A stretch of 24,000 bases of DNA from Oscillospiraceae bacterium (lineage in GTDB: Bacteria > Bacillota > Clostridia > Oscillospirales > Ruminococcaceae). Under the pieces are notes generated by a model, which was given only the letters and a program-made list of their open reading frames with translations, did not search any database and had not been told where the DNA came from. The position numbers and the translations under genes were made by a program. Positions 1-10,212 of this stretch are shown in pieces. Location: the NCBI GenBank assembly GCA_017460955.1, contig JAFTZY010000062.1, forward strand, positions 1,096 through 25,095. Direction: 5' to 3'. How positions within the stretch are numbered: position 1 is the stretch's first letter; each line of letters begins with the position of its first letter.

Positions 1-2
1 AT

Positions 3-191
3 GAGGCACGCAAGGCCGGTGCGGACATCGTGCTCTACGGGCATACCCACGTCCGGGAGAGCCGCTTCGAGGACGGGATGTACATCGTAAACCCCGGCAG
101 TCTCGGCTGGCCCCGCGACGGGCAGGCACCGGGCTATGCGCTCATCGACATCCTGCCCACCGGTGTACTCGTGAGCCTGGCGAAGCTGTGA
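3..191 (+). CDS. Metallophosphoesterase (YfcE/calcineurin-like family), C-terminal fragment; the 5' end lies outside the window
   Basis: Frame 3 reads EARKAGADIVLYGHTHVRESRFEDGMYIVNPGSLGWPRDGQAPGYALIDILPTGVLVSLAKL and ends at TGA 189-191. The GHTH and NPGS motifs are typical of small metallophosphoesterases. Confidence 0.6.
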   Translation, partial: EARKAGADIVLYGHTHVRESRFEDGMYIVNPGSLGWPRDGQAPGYALIDILPTGVLVSLAKL

Positions 192-259
192 GCCGGCTTT
201 GCTTACCCTTGTTACTATATGCGGCAGCTGACAAAAAGTTGCCACGGGAGGTGTGATCC

Positions 260-2752
260 ATGGAAAACCCCATACGCACGCTGCGCAGCGGCAGGGAACG
301 ATATGTCCTGGTGTTCGGCCTGGCATTCGGTGTGACCATGCTCGTGCTTCTGCCGCTGATGCTGTATGACCGGGGCTATTTTCTGTACTACGGGGATTTT
401 GTATCCCAGCAGCTCCCCTTCTACAGCCATGCCAATGACATCGTGCGTGCGGGAGGCCTGTTCGGATGGGACTGGTATACGGACCTTGGCAGCAGCTTTT
501 TAGGCTCCTATGCCTTCTACCTGAGCGGCAGTCCCTTCTTCTGGATGACCGTGCTCCTGCCGCGGGGGGCAGTGCTCTACGCGATCCCGTGGCTTTTGGG
601 ACTCAAGCATGCGACCGCCGCCGTGACGGCCTATGCCTTCATCCGCCGCTTCGTGCGCAGTCCCGATGCGGCCGTGATCGGCGGCCTGCTCTACGCATTT
701 TCGGGCTTCCAGCTGTTCAACATCTTCTTCAACCACTTCCAGGACGTCACCGCGTTCTTCCCGCTCATGCTCATCGCGATGGAGGAGCTGGTCAACAACC
801 ACCGGCGCGGCTGGTTTGCCGCCTGCGTGGCACTCATGGCGGTCCTCAATTACTTCTTCTTTGCAGGACAGGTCGCCTTCCTCGTGCTGTACTTCTTTAT
901 GCGCGTCAACTGCCGGGATTTCCATGTGGATCTCAAAAAGCTCCTGGCACTGGGGATCGAAGCGGTCCTCGGCGTGATGATCGCGTGTGCGGTGCTCCTG
1001 CCGGCAGCCCTGGCTGTCATGGACAACAACCGCGTCGATCAGGCACTCTACGGCATGGATACGATCTTCTACGGGGATAAAACAAGGATCCTGCGCATCA
1101 TCCAGAGCTTCTTCATGCTCCCCGATCCGCCCGCAAGACCCGTGCTCTTCGACACCGATCAGGCACGCTGGGCCTCCATCGGCGGCTATCTGCCGCTGTT
1201 CTCGATGGCGGGCGTCATCACCTTCATGGGGCAGAAAAAGCGCCACTGGGCCACAAGGCTCGTGCTCGTGTGCATCCTGTGCGCCTTTGTGCCCATCCTC
1301 AACTGTGCCTTCTACCTCTTCAACAGCTCGTACTATGCGCGCTGGTACTACATGCCCCTGCTCATCATGGCCATGATGACGGCCCGGGCGCTCGACGACC
1401 GCAGCCTGGACTGGAAGCGCGGCGTGACCGTCAGCGGCGTGATGCTGCTCGTGTTCGGCGCTGTCGCCCTCATCCCCACCATCGGGGAGGACGGGGAAGC
1501 AGAGCACCTGCACTTTGCCAAGATCCCGGAGTATTTCTGTGTGGAGCTGGGGATCTGCGCCCTGTGCTGGGCGGGTCTCTTCTACCTGTGGCGCAAGCGG
1601 CGCAGGGTCCGGGGCGACCTGCATGCCGCCATCGTCCTGACCACCGCCGCATGCGTGCTGTGCATGGGCTCGATGGTGTATTTCGGCAAGACCCTCTCGC
1701 CCGCCCGGGAGGAGTACATCGACTGCGGCATCCGCGGCAGGGAACACCTCTCCGTGTCCTATGAGACGGACGAGGCGGACTACTTCCGTGTGGATATTTC
1801 CGAGGATTTCGACAACTACCCGATGTTCTGGGGCCTGTCGAGCATGCGCTGCTTCCAGAGCGTCGTGAGCCCCTCCATCCTCGATTTCTACGAGAGCATC
1901 GGCATCACCCGGGATGTTGCCTCCCGTGCAGAGCCCTCGTCCTACACCCTTCGGGGCCTGTTCTCCGTCAAGTACTACTTTGACCGGGACGACGGCGGCG
2001 AGGACCTGGACATCCCCGGCTTTGTCTACCGGAATACCGAGAACGGCTTCAAGGTCTATGAGAACGAGGCCTTCATCCCCATGGGCTTTTCCTACGACAG
2101 CTATGTCACGCCCGAGGCCCTCGAGGGCAAGACCGATCCCACCCGGGAGCGCATCCTCATCCGGGCACTCGTGCTCGATGACGAGCAGGTCGGGCGCTAC
2201 GGGGATTTCCTGAACGATCTGTCCGCAGCGGACTCCCTGAGCCTGACCCAGGAGGAGTACCTTGCCGCGTGCAGAGCGCATGCAGAGGAAGCGTGCCGGG
2301 ACTTTGCCTACGATGCCTCCGGCTTTTCGGGGAACATCACACTCGATGCCGGAAAGCTCGTCTTTTTCAGCGTCCCCTATGATAAGGGCTGGACGGCCAC
2401 GGTCAACGGCAGCGAGGTCCCCGTCGAGCGCGTGAGCGGCGGCATGATGGCCGTGCCCTGCGGGGCAGGGGAGAACGCGATCCGCTTTACCTACACGCTC
2501 CCCGGCCTGCATACGGGCCTCCTGCTGAGCCTTGCGGGGATCGCATTGCTGGTTCTCTATCTGTTTGCGGCAAAGCCCCTCTTTACGGGCGCATGGCGCA
2601 GACATTCCCACCATTACGACTATGCCCCCGCCGGCGGGATCCGTGCGGCAAGGGCCTATACCCGGTATCTGGCGGCCGCTGCGCCCCATACCGCACAGAA
2701 GAAAGGAGAGGAGCCTGATGGCACATCTGAAGGAAACCAGGGTGAGCAGTGA
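260..2752 (+). CDS. YfhO-family polytopic membrane protein (putative glycosyltransferase of cell-envelope polymers)
   Basis: 830-aa ORF. The N-terminus, YFLYYGDFVSQQLPFYSHANDIVRAGGLFGWDWYTDLGSSFLGSYAFYLSGSPFFW, and the many TM segments resemble the YfhO family. GGGAGG RBS upstream; TGA stop. Confidence 0.8.
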   Translation: MENPIRTLRSGRERYVLVFGLAFGVTMLVLLPLMLYDRGYFLYYGDFVSQQLPFYSHANDIVRAGGLFGWDWYTDLGSSFLGSYAFYLSGSPFFWMTVLLPRGAVLYAIPWLLGLKHATAAVTAYAFIRRFVRSPDAAVIGGLLYAFSGFQLFNIFFNHFQDVTAFFPLMLIAMEELVNNHRRGWFAACVALMAVLNYFFFAGQVAFLVLYFFMRVNCRDFHVDLKKLLALGIEAVLGVMIACAVLLPAALAVMDNNRVDQALYGMDTIFYGDKTRILRIIQSFFMLPDPPARPVLFDTDQARWASIGGYLPLFSMAGVITFMGQKKRHWATRLVLVCILCAFVPILNCAFYLFNSSYYARWYYMPLLIMAMMTARALDDRSLDWKRGVTVSGVMLLVFGAVALIPTIGEDGEAEHLHFAKIPEYFCVELGICALCWAGLFYLWRKRRRVRGDLHAAIVLTTAACVLCMGSMVYFGKTLSPAREEYIDCGIRGREHLSVSYETDEADYFRVDISEDFDNYPMFWGLSSMRCFQSVVSPSILDFYESIGITRDVASRAEPSSYTLRGLFSVKYYFDRDDGGEDLDIPGFVYRNTENGFKVYENEAFIPMGFSYDSYVTPEALEGKTDPTRERILIRALVLDDEQVGRYGDFLNDLSAADSLSLTQEEYLAACRAHAEEACRDFAYDASGFSGNITLDAGKLVFFSVPYDKGWTATVNGSEVPVERVSGGMMAVPCGAGENAIRFTYTLPGLHTGLLLSLAGIALLVLYLFAAKPLFTGAWRRHSHHYDYAPAGGIRAARAYTRYLAAAAPHTAQKKGEEPDGTSEGNQGEQ

Positions 2753-3269
2753 GGCCGTCTATGAGGGCCGGATCATCCGCGTGGAGCGCGATGAGGCACT
2801 GCTCGAGAACGGCACGAAGGCCGTGCGTGAGGTGGTGCGCCACCCGGGCGGCGTGTGCGTGCTGGCACTGACCGAGCAGGACGAGGTCCTCTTTGTGCGG
2901 CAGTTCCGCTATCCGCATGAACAGGTGACAACGGAGCTCCCTGCGGGCAAGCTCGAGTACGGGGAGGACCCGGAGACCTGCGGCAAGCGTGAGCTCCTCG
3001 AGGAATGCGGCTGCACGGCCGACAGCTTCACCTATCTCGGCAAGATCTTCCCCACCCCCGCCTATGACTCGGAGGTCATCCGGATGTACCTGGCCAGGGG
3101 GCTGCATTTCGGCGCACAGTCCCTCGATGAGGACGAATTCCTCGATGTCGAGCGCATCCCGCTGGAGAAGGCGCTGACCATGGCGCTCGAGGATGCCTTC
3201 CCCGATGCCAAGACCCAGGCAGCGCTTCTGCGCTATGCGGTCATGCAGCAAAAAGAAGCCACTGCATAA
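2718..3269 (+). CDS. nudF: Nudix hydrolase, ADP-ribose pyrophosphatase type
   Basis: I chose the internal ATG at 2718, preceded by GAAAGGAGAGGAG. The product starts MAHLKETRVSSEAVYEGRIIRVERDEALLENG and carries the Nudix box GKLEYGEDPETCGKRELLEECG (GX5EX7REUXEEXG). It overlaps the YfhO 3' end by 35 nt. Confidence 0.75.
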   Translation: MAHLKETRVSSEAVYEGRIIRVERDEALLENGTKAVREVVRHPGGVCVLALTEQDEVLFVRQFRYPHEQVTTELPAGKLEYGEDPETCGKRELLEECGCTADSFTYLGKIFPTPAYDSEVIRMYLARGLHFGAQSLDEDEFLDVERIPLEKALTMALEDAFPDAKTQAALLRYAVMQQKEATA

Positions 3270-3278
3270 AGCAGTGAC
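3249..3278 (-). terminator. Putative intrinsic terminator of spoVG; the hairpin spans the nudF stop codon
   Basis: The minus-strand RNA reads GUCACUGC-UUUAU-GCAGUGGC, an 8-bp stem with one G-U pair, followed by UUCUUUUU. On the plus strand only a 6-bp stem (CACTGC/GCAGTG) forms and there is no U-tract. Confidence 0.5.
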
Positions 3279-3303
3279 TTCATGGACAGAACATATGTCA
3301 GGA

Positions 3304-3642
3304 TCAGCCCTCGGCAGATGCGGCAGGTTCCGCAGGCTCTGCGGATGCAGCGGCCTTGGCAGCCTCCTGGGCCTCAAGCTCGGTGAGCGCCAGATGCTTC
3401 TGATAGGTCTCGATGATCCCTTCCTCGATCATCTTCCGGGCCTCCGGAAGGATGGGGTGTACGATGTCACGGAATACGCCGTTCTCATCCTTGCGGCTGG
3501 GCATGGCGATGAACAAACGCTCATCCCCCTGTACGATCTTGATGTCGTGTACGGCGAGCATGTGGTCCACCGTGATGGAGACAACGGCACGAAGGCGTCC
3601 TTCTGTGACGATCTTGCGGATCTTGATGTCTGTGATTTCCAT
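3304..3642 (-). CDS. spoVG: Septation/regulatory protein SpoVG
   Basis: The 112-aa product MEITDIKIRKIVTEGRLRAVVSITVDHMLAVHDIKIVQGDERLFIAMPSRKDENGVFRDIVHPI is a textbook SpoVG N-terminal domain with an Ala/Glu-rich tail. GAGGAGG RBS sits 8 nt upstream. Confidence 0.9.
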   Translation of the reverse strand: MEITDIKIRKIVTEGRLRAVVSITVDHMLAVHDIKIVQGDERLFIAMPSRKDENGVFRDIVHPILPEARKMIEEGIIETYQKHLALTELEAQEAAKAAASAEPAEPAASAEG

Positions 3643-3735
3643 AAGTTTGACCTCCTCGTTACAAATGCTGCGATGTGATGTGGGATTTGTATTTGATCGT
3701 TTGGCAGTCTCTGGATGGCTTAGGCAAAGACAGCA

Positions 3736-3773
3736 TTGTCATGATGACAAATACAGCAGCATACCAATAGTAT
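3736..3773 (+). promoter_or_regulatory. Candidate murC promoter (TGACAA -17- TAGTAT) overlapped by a 15-bp perfect palindrome
   Basis: TTGTCATGATGACAA at 3736-3750 has 7-bp arms and a 1-nt centre. TGACAA lies at 3745-3750 and TAGTAT at 3768-3773, in the AT-rich spoVG-murC divergent spacer. Confidence 0.3.
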
Positions 3774-3817
3774 AAACGGAAGATATGTATATTTAAAGAA
3801 GAAATTAGGTGGATTTT

Positions 3818-5245
3818 ATGAACAAGTCGATTTTGGATGGAAAAAAGCATATTCACTTCATCGGGATCGGGGGCAGCGGCATGTATCCGCTGGCACAGAT
3901 CCTCCATGCCAAGGGGTATCATCTGACCGGATCGGACAACAATGAGACGGAAACGCTCCAGGCAGTCCGGAACATGGGGATCGAGGTCAAGCCCCTGGGC
4001 CAGCGTGCGGAGAACATCGAGGGTGCGGACCTGATCGTCCACTCCGCGGCCATTATGGCGGACAATCCGGAGCTTGTGGCAGCGCGTGCCTCGGGTGCGC
4101 CGGTCATGGAGCGCAGTGAGCTGCTCGGACTTGTGAGCACCTGGTACAAGGATGCCGTGTGCGTGTCCGGCACGCACGGCAAGACCACCACGACCTCCAT
4201 GCTCGCCCAGATCCTCTGCACGGCCGGCGTGGACCTGTCCGCCGTCATCGGCGGCAAGCTCCCGTGCATCGGCGGCAGCGGCTGCGCGGGCAGCAGTGAG
4301 GTGTTCGTGTGCGAATCCTGCGAATTTGTGGACACCTTCCTCAAGCTCGACCCGGATACGGCGGTCGTGCTCAACATCGACGCGGATCATCTGGACTATT
4401 TCGGCACGGTGGAGAACATCATCCGCTCCTTCCGGAAGTTCTGTGAAATGGCCAATAAGGCCGTGATCTACAATGGCGACGACGCCAATACCCTGAAGGC
4501 CGTCGAGGGGATCACCGGCAAGGAGATGATCTCCTTCGGCTGCGGGGAGGGGAATGACTACCGCGCTGCGGACATCAGCCATCTGTCCGGCTCGCGCACG
4601 GCCTACACCGTCGTGCGGCGCGGGGAGACGCTCGGGCGCATCACGCTCCAGGTGCCGGGTGAGCACAATGTGCTCAATTCGCTCGCTGCCGTGGCCGCCT
4701 GCGACGGACTCGGGCTGCCGTTCGAGGCGATCGTACAGGGCCTGTCGGAATTCCGCGGTGCCGGACGGCGCTTTGAGATCAAGGGCGAGATCGGCGGCGT
4801 GACTGTGGCCGATGACTATGCCCACCACCCCACCGAGCTCACCGCTACGCTCAGGGCCGCCCGCGGCATGGACTACAAGCGCGTCATCGCCGTGTTCCAG
4901 CCCTTCACCTTCTCAAGGACCGTGCAGCACTTAGAGGAGTTCGCCGAGGCGCTCTCCCTTGCCGATGTGGCTGTGCTCACGGACATCATGGGCTCGCGGG
5001 AGAAGAACACCTACGGCATCTATACCCGTGATCTTGCCGAGATCATGGACAATGCCGTGTACTTCCCGCAGGATGAGACGGCGGAATATACGGACGAGCG
5101 CAAGTATCAGAATTTTGAGGATGTTACACAGTATGTGGCAGAGCATGCGGCACCGGGCGATCTGGTGCTGACCATGGGCTGCGGCGATATCAATAAAGTC
5201 GCAAAGATGATTCTGCAGCGGCTGAAGGAGGGTTCATTATGCTGA
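3818..5245 (+). CDS. murC: UDP-N-acetylmuramate--L-alanine ligase
   Basis: MNKSILDGKKHIHFIGIGGSGMYPLAQILHAKGYHLTGSDN, GTHGKTTTTSM (P-loop) and the DDYAHHPTE motif. ATG 3818 follows AGGTGG. The ORF track starts at GTG 3809, which is an alternative. Confidence 0.9.
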   Translation: MNKSILDGKKHIHFIGIGGSGMYPLAQILHAKGYHLTGSDNNETETLQAVRNMGIEVKPLGQRAENIEGADLIVHSAAIMADNPELVAARASGAPVMERSELLGLVSTWYKDAVCVSGTHGKTTTTSMLAQILCTAGVDLSAVIGGKLPCIGGSGCAGSSEVFVCESCEFVDTFLKLDPDTAVVLNIDADHLDYFGTVENIIRSFRKFCEMANKAVIYNGDDANTLKAVEGITGKEMISFGCGEGNDYRAADISHLSGSRTAYTVVRRGETLGRITLQVPGEHNVLNSLAAVAACDGLGLPFEAIVQGLSEFRGAGRRFEIKGEIGGVTVADDYAHHPTELTATLRAARGMDYKRVIAVFQPFTFSRTVQHLEEFAEALSLADVAVLTDIMGSREKNTYGIYTRDLAEIMDNAVYFPQDETAEYTDERKYQNFEDVTQYVAEHAAPGDLVLTMGCGDINKVAKMILQRLKEGSLC

Positions 5246-5835
5246 GTATGAGAGAAGACAGAGCGGAGGAGATCTATGAGTTCGTCCGGGATTACATCCG
5301 GACCGAGGGCTTAGCGCCCACGGTGCGTGAGATCTGTGACGGCCTGCAGCTGCGTTCGACCTCCACGGTCCACCGCTATCTGCGTCTGCTCGACGCACGC
5401 GGACGCATCCGGATGCTGCCGGGCAAGAACCGCGCCATCTTCCTCCTGGAGGAGAACGAGCCCGAGGGCATCCCGCTCGTGGGTACGGTGGCAGCCGGCA
5501 CGCCCATCACGGCGATCGAGAACATCACCGACTACATCCCCTTCGACCCCGGCGCGGGTGACGACCGCACGCTCTTTGCACTGCGCGTGCGCGGCGAGAG
5601 CATGATCAACATCGGCATCCTCGACGGCGACATCGTTGTCGTGGAGCAGACCCCCTATGCCGAGAACGGCGAGATCGTGGTCGCACTGGTGGACCGGAGC
5701 GAGGCGACCGTCAAGACCTTCTACAAGGAGGACGGCCATTACCGGCTCCAGCCGGAGAACGATGAGATGGATCCCATCATCGTCGATGAGGTCGAGATCC
5801 TGGGCAGGGTCGTATCCCTCATCCGGTATTTCTAA
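5239..5835 (+). CDS. lexA: LexA repressor (S24 autopeptidase)
   Basis: Winged-helix N-terminus (TVREICDGLQLRSTSTVHRYLRLLDARG), VAAG cleavage site, catalytic Ser in RGESM and Lys in ATVKTF. GAAGGAGGG RBS sits 6 nt upstream. ATG 5239 overlaps the murC stop at 5243-5245. Confidence 0.9.
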   Translation: MLSMREDRAEEIYEFVRDYIRTEGLAPTVREICDGLQLRSTSTVHRYLRLLDARGRIRMLPGKNRAIFLLEENEPEGIPLVGTVAAGTPITAIENITDYIPFDPGAGDDRTLFALRVRGESMINIGILDGDIVVVEQTPYAENGEIVVALVDRSEATVKTFYKEDGHYRLQPENDEMDPIIVDEVEILGRVVSLIRYF

Positions 5836-5868
5836 GAAAACGTTTCAAAAAGAAAGGGAAGGATAACA

Positions 5869-6230
5869 ATGATGAATAAGGTAAAAGTTGTGATCTGCGG
5901 CAAGGACTATGTGATGCAGACGGCGGAGGCACCGAATTATGTGTACGGCCTTGCCAGAACGCTCGAGAACCGCATCACCGATTCGATGGACAGGCTGGGC
6001 GTGTCCCAGTACACCGCTGCCATCATGGTGGCACTGTCGGCCATGGATGACCTGAGCAAGGCCAATGAACGCCTTGACCAGATCAGCGACGAGACGAAGG
6101 AATATGTGGACGATGCCGGCCGTGCCCGGATCGAGCGCGATGCCGCCCTCAAGGAGATCGAGGCCCTGCGCTCGAAGATCGCACAGCTCGAGAACACCCT
6201 CAAGCTCAAGAAGCTCAAGGATCAGCTCTG

Positions 6231-6231
<1 letters not shown>
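5869..6231 (+). CDS. zapA: Cell division protein ZapA
   Basis: The 120-aa product begins MMNKVKVVICGKDYVMQTAEAPNYVYGLARTLENRI, continues with YTAAIMVALSAMDDL and ends in a C-terminal coiled coil, which is the typical ZapA layout. Confidence 0.75.
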
Positions 6232-8251
<2,020 letters not shown>

Positions 8252-8252
<1 letters not shown>

Positions 8253-8692
8253 TGGAGATCCGCTTTCAGAAGCTCGATGACAGGGCGATCCTGCCGCAGC
8301 GTGCCACGGCATACAGCGCGGGGATGGACCTGCATGCGTGCCTTGCAGCGCCCGTGACGATCGCCCCCGGGCAGACCGTCATGGTCCCGCTCGGCCTTGC
8401 TGCACAGCCCACGGACCCGGAGACGGCCCTGCTGATCTTCCCGCGGTCGGGGCTGTCCTCCCGGTACGGGATCACACTCGCCAACGCCGTGGGCGTGGTG
8501 GACAGCGACTACCGGGGCGAATGGATGGTGCCGCTGCACAATCTGAGCGATACGGCCTTCACCGTCGAGCACGGGATGCGCGTGGCACAGCTCGTGGTCG
8601 TGCCGGTGATCTTTGCACAGGCCGTGGAGGCACGGACCCTTGACGAGACCGCCCGGGGAGCCGGAGGCTTCGGGTCGAGCGGCCTGAGATGA
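8252..8692 (+). CDS. dut: dUTP diphosphatase
   Basis: LPQRATAYSAGMDLHA, IFPRSGLSSRYGITLANAVGVVDSDYRGE and the RGAGGFGSSG tail. The ATG overlaps the U32 TAA by 1 nt (TAATG). Confidence 0.9.
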
Positions 8693-8714
8693 TGAAAAGA
8701 GAGGAAAACAAAAC

Positions 8715-8975
8715 ATGAAACGTGCGCTTTTGATGATCGCCCTGCTGCTGGTGGCCGTGTGCCTGGGAACGCTCCTGGGGGATGCGGCATATAATTCCGG
8801 GATCGCACCGTGGCTGGGAGAGTACTACGAATTCGGCTTTTCCACGTTCGATCTGGATCTGAAAATGATCCTTGTGACCTTCGGGATGCAGATCAGGATC
8901 AACATCGCCGAGGTCCTGCTGATCCTGACGGCACTCGCCTGCTTCCCGAAGGTGTCCAAGCTCATCTGCGGATGA
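8715..8975 (+). CDS. Small two-TM membrane protein, DUF4321-like
   Basis: The 86-aa product MKRALLMIALLLVAVCLGTLLGD...FDLDLKMILVTFGMQIRINIAEVLLILTALA matches, from memory, the pattern of the uncharacterised DUF4321 family often found beside mreB in Clostridia. GAGAGGAAAA RBS upstream. Confidence 0.55.
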   Translation: MKRALLMIALLLVAVCLGTLLGDAAYNSGIAPWLGEYYEFGFSTFDLDLKMILVTFGMQIRINIAEVLLILTALACFPKVSKLICG

Positions 8976-9039
8976 TACCCGCAGTGGGATATTTCCGGGA
9001 GGAATGTCAGGAAATACATAAAAAGTTCTGAAAAAAACC

Positions 9040-9068
9040 TTGTTTCCGGACGCAAATGATGGTATAAT
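9040..9068 (+). promoter_or_regulatory. Sigma-70-type promoter of the mreBCD-mrdA operon
   Basis: TTGTTT (9040-9045), a 17-nt spacer, then the extended -10 TGgTATAAT (TATAAT at 9063-9068). This implies a leader of about 90 nt before the mreB ATG. Confidence 0.6.
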
Positions 9069-9163
9069 AGTGAAAGACCGTCTAAAGACAGTCTTTTGAG
9101 GAGATCGTCCTTTAAGGGCGGGGTTTGTAAAACAAGAGAGAGAACGTAAGGAGAACCGAAAGC

Positions 9164-10186
9164 ATGTTTACAAAGGACATCGGTATCGATCTGGGTACCG
9201 CCAACACATTGGTATATATGCGGGGCAAGGGGATCGTACTGCGGGAGCCGTCGGTGGTGGCGGTCAATACCCGGACGGAGAAGGCACGGTATGTCGGCAA
9301 GGATGCCAAGCAGGTCATCGGCCGGACACCGGGCTCGATCGTGGCAGTGCGTCCGCTCAAGGAGGGCGTGATCGCCGACTATGAGCTGACCATCACCATG
9401 CTCCAGGAATTCATCCACAAGGCCCTCAAGGGCCGGATCTTCACCAAGGCGCGGGTGACCATCTGCATCCCCTCCGGCGTGACGCCGGTCGAGCGCAGGG
9501 CCGTCAAGGAGGCCACCGAGAAGGCCGGCGCCCGGCAGGTCTTTGTCATCGAGGAGCCCATGGCAGCCGCCATCGGCGCGGGACTGCCCACCACGGAGCC
9601 GACGGGCAGCATGATCGTGGACATCGGCGGCGGCACAAGTGAGGTGGCCGTGGTCTCGCTGGGCGGGATCGTGACCTCGCGTTCGGTGCGCTGCGCCGGT
9701 GATGCGTTCGATGCGGCCATCATGAACCATATCAAGAAAAAGTACAGTCTGCTCATCGGGGAGCGGACGGCCGAGAGCATCAAGCTCACCATCGGCTCGG
9801 CCTTCCCGAGCGAGAACGAGGAGAGCATGGAGATCAAGGGCAGGAACCTCATGAACGGCCTGCCGGAGAACGTGACCGTCTCCTCCTCGGAAATACGGGA
9901 CGCCATGGCGGAGCCGCTGTCCCGCGTGATCGATGCCATCAAGACCACCCTCGAGGAGACCCCGCCGGAGCTGTCGGCGGACATCATCGACCAGGGCATC
10001 ACCCTTGCAGGGGGCGGTGCGCTCCTCAAGGGCCTCGACAAGCTCATCAACCGGGAGACGGGCATGCCCGTGTATATCGCCGAATTCCCGCTTGACTGCG
10101 TGGCAGAGGGCGCGGGCAAGGTGCTCGAGAACATGGACAAGTACCAGGATACCCTTGTGGAGTATCTGAAATATTATGAGAAATAA
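9164..10186 (+). CDS. mreB: Rod shape-determining actin homologue MreB
   Basis: [54 protein letters not shown] and [28 protein letters not shown] upstream. Confidence 0.95.
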   Translation: MFTKDIGIDLGTANTLVYMRGKGIVLREPSVVAVNTRTEKARYVGKDAKQVIGRTPGSIVAVRPLKEGVIADYELTITMLQEFIHKALKGRIFTKARVTICIPSGVTPVERRAVKEATEKAGARQVFVIEEPMAAAIGAGLPTTEPTGSMIVDIGGGTSEVAVVSLGGIVTSRSVRCAGDAFDAAIMNHIKKKYSLLIGERTAESIKLTIGSAFPSENEESMEIKGRNLMNGLPENVTVSSSEIRDAMAEPLSRVIDAIKTTLEETPPELSADIIDQGITLAGGGALLKGLDKLINRETGMPVYIAEFPLDCVAEGAGKVLENMDKYQDTLVEYLKYYEK

Positions 10187-10212
10187 CCCGGCAGGAGGGA
10201 GGTGTGCTGTGC

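Noticed and set aside
500-2689. A 729-aa minus-strand ORF lies antisense to the YfhO gene. There are similar overlapping ORFs at 466-1080, 987-1376 and 1270-1764.
   Set aside because: These are shadow ORFs typical of high-GC DNA. Their products are Arg/Gly/Ala/Pro-rich low-complexity strings with no recognisable motifs, while the sense frame encodes a clear YfhO-family protein.
2532-2717. Several ORF-track entries have longer N-terminal extensions: nudF from 2532, mreD from 10976, mrdA from 11607, minD from 13776, hisS from 15124, aspS from 16385 and xylB to 22721.
   Set aside because: In each case an internal ATG is preceded by a good AGGAGG-like RBS at 5-9 nt and gives an N-terminus matching the family. 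The extensions overlap upstream genes or promoters and read as Arg/Pro-rich noise.
3289-3300. GAACATATGTCA resembles a Gram-positive LexA box (GAAC-N4-GTTC).
   Set aside because: The second half-site is GTCA, not GTTC. The site also lies in the 34-nt gap between two convergent stop codons (nudF and spoVG), where there is no promoter to regulate.
5836-5846. GAAAACGTTTC lies between the lexA stop and the zapA RBS and could be a LexA or other operator.
   Set aside because: Only the 8-bp core AAACGTTT is palindromic. The spacing does not fit GAAC-N4-GTTC, and 8-bp palindromes are expected many times by chance in 24 kb.
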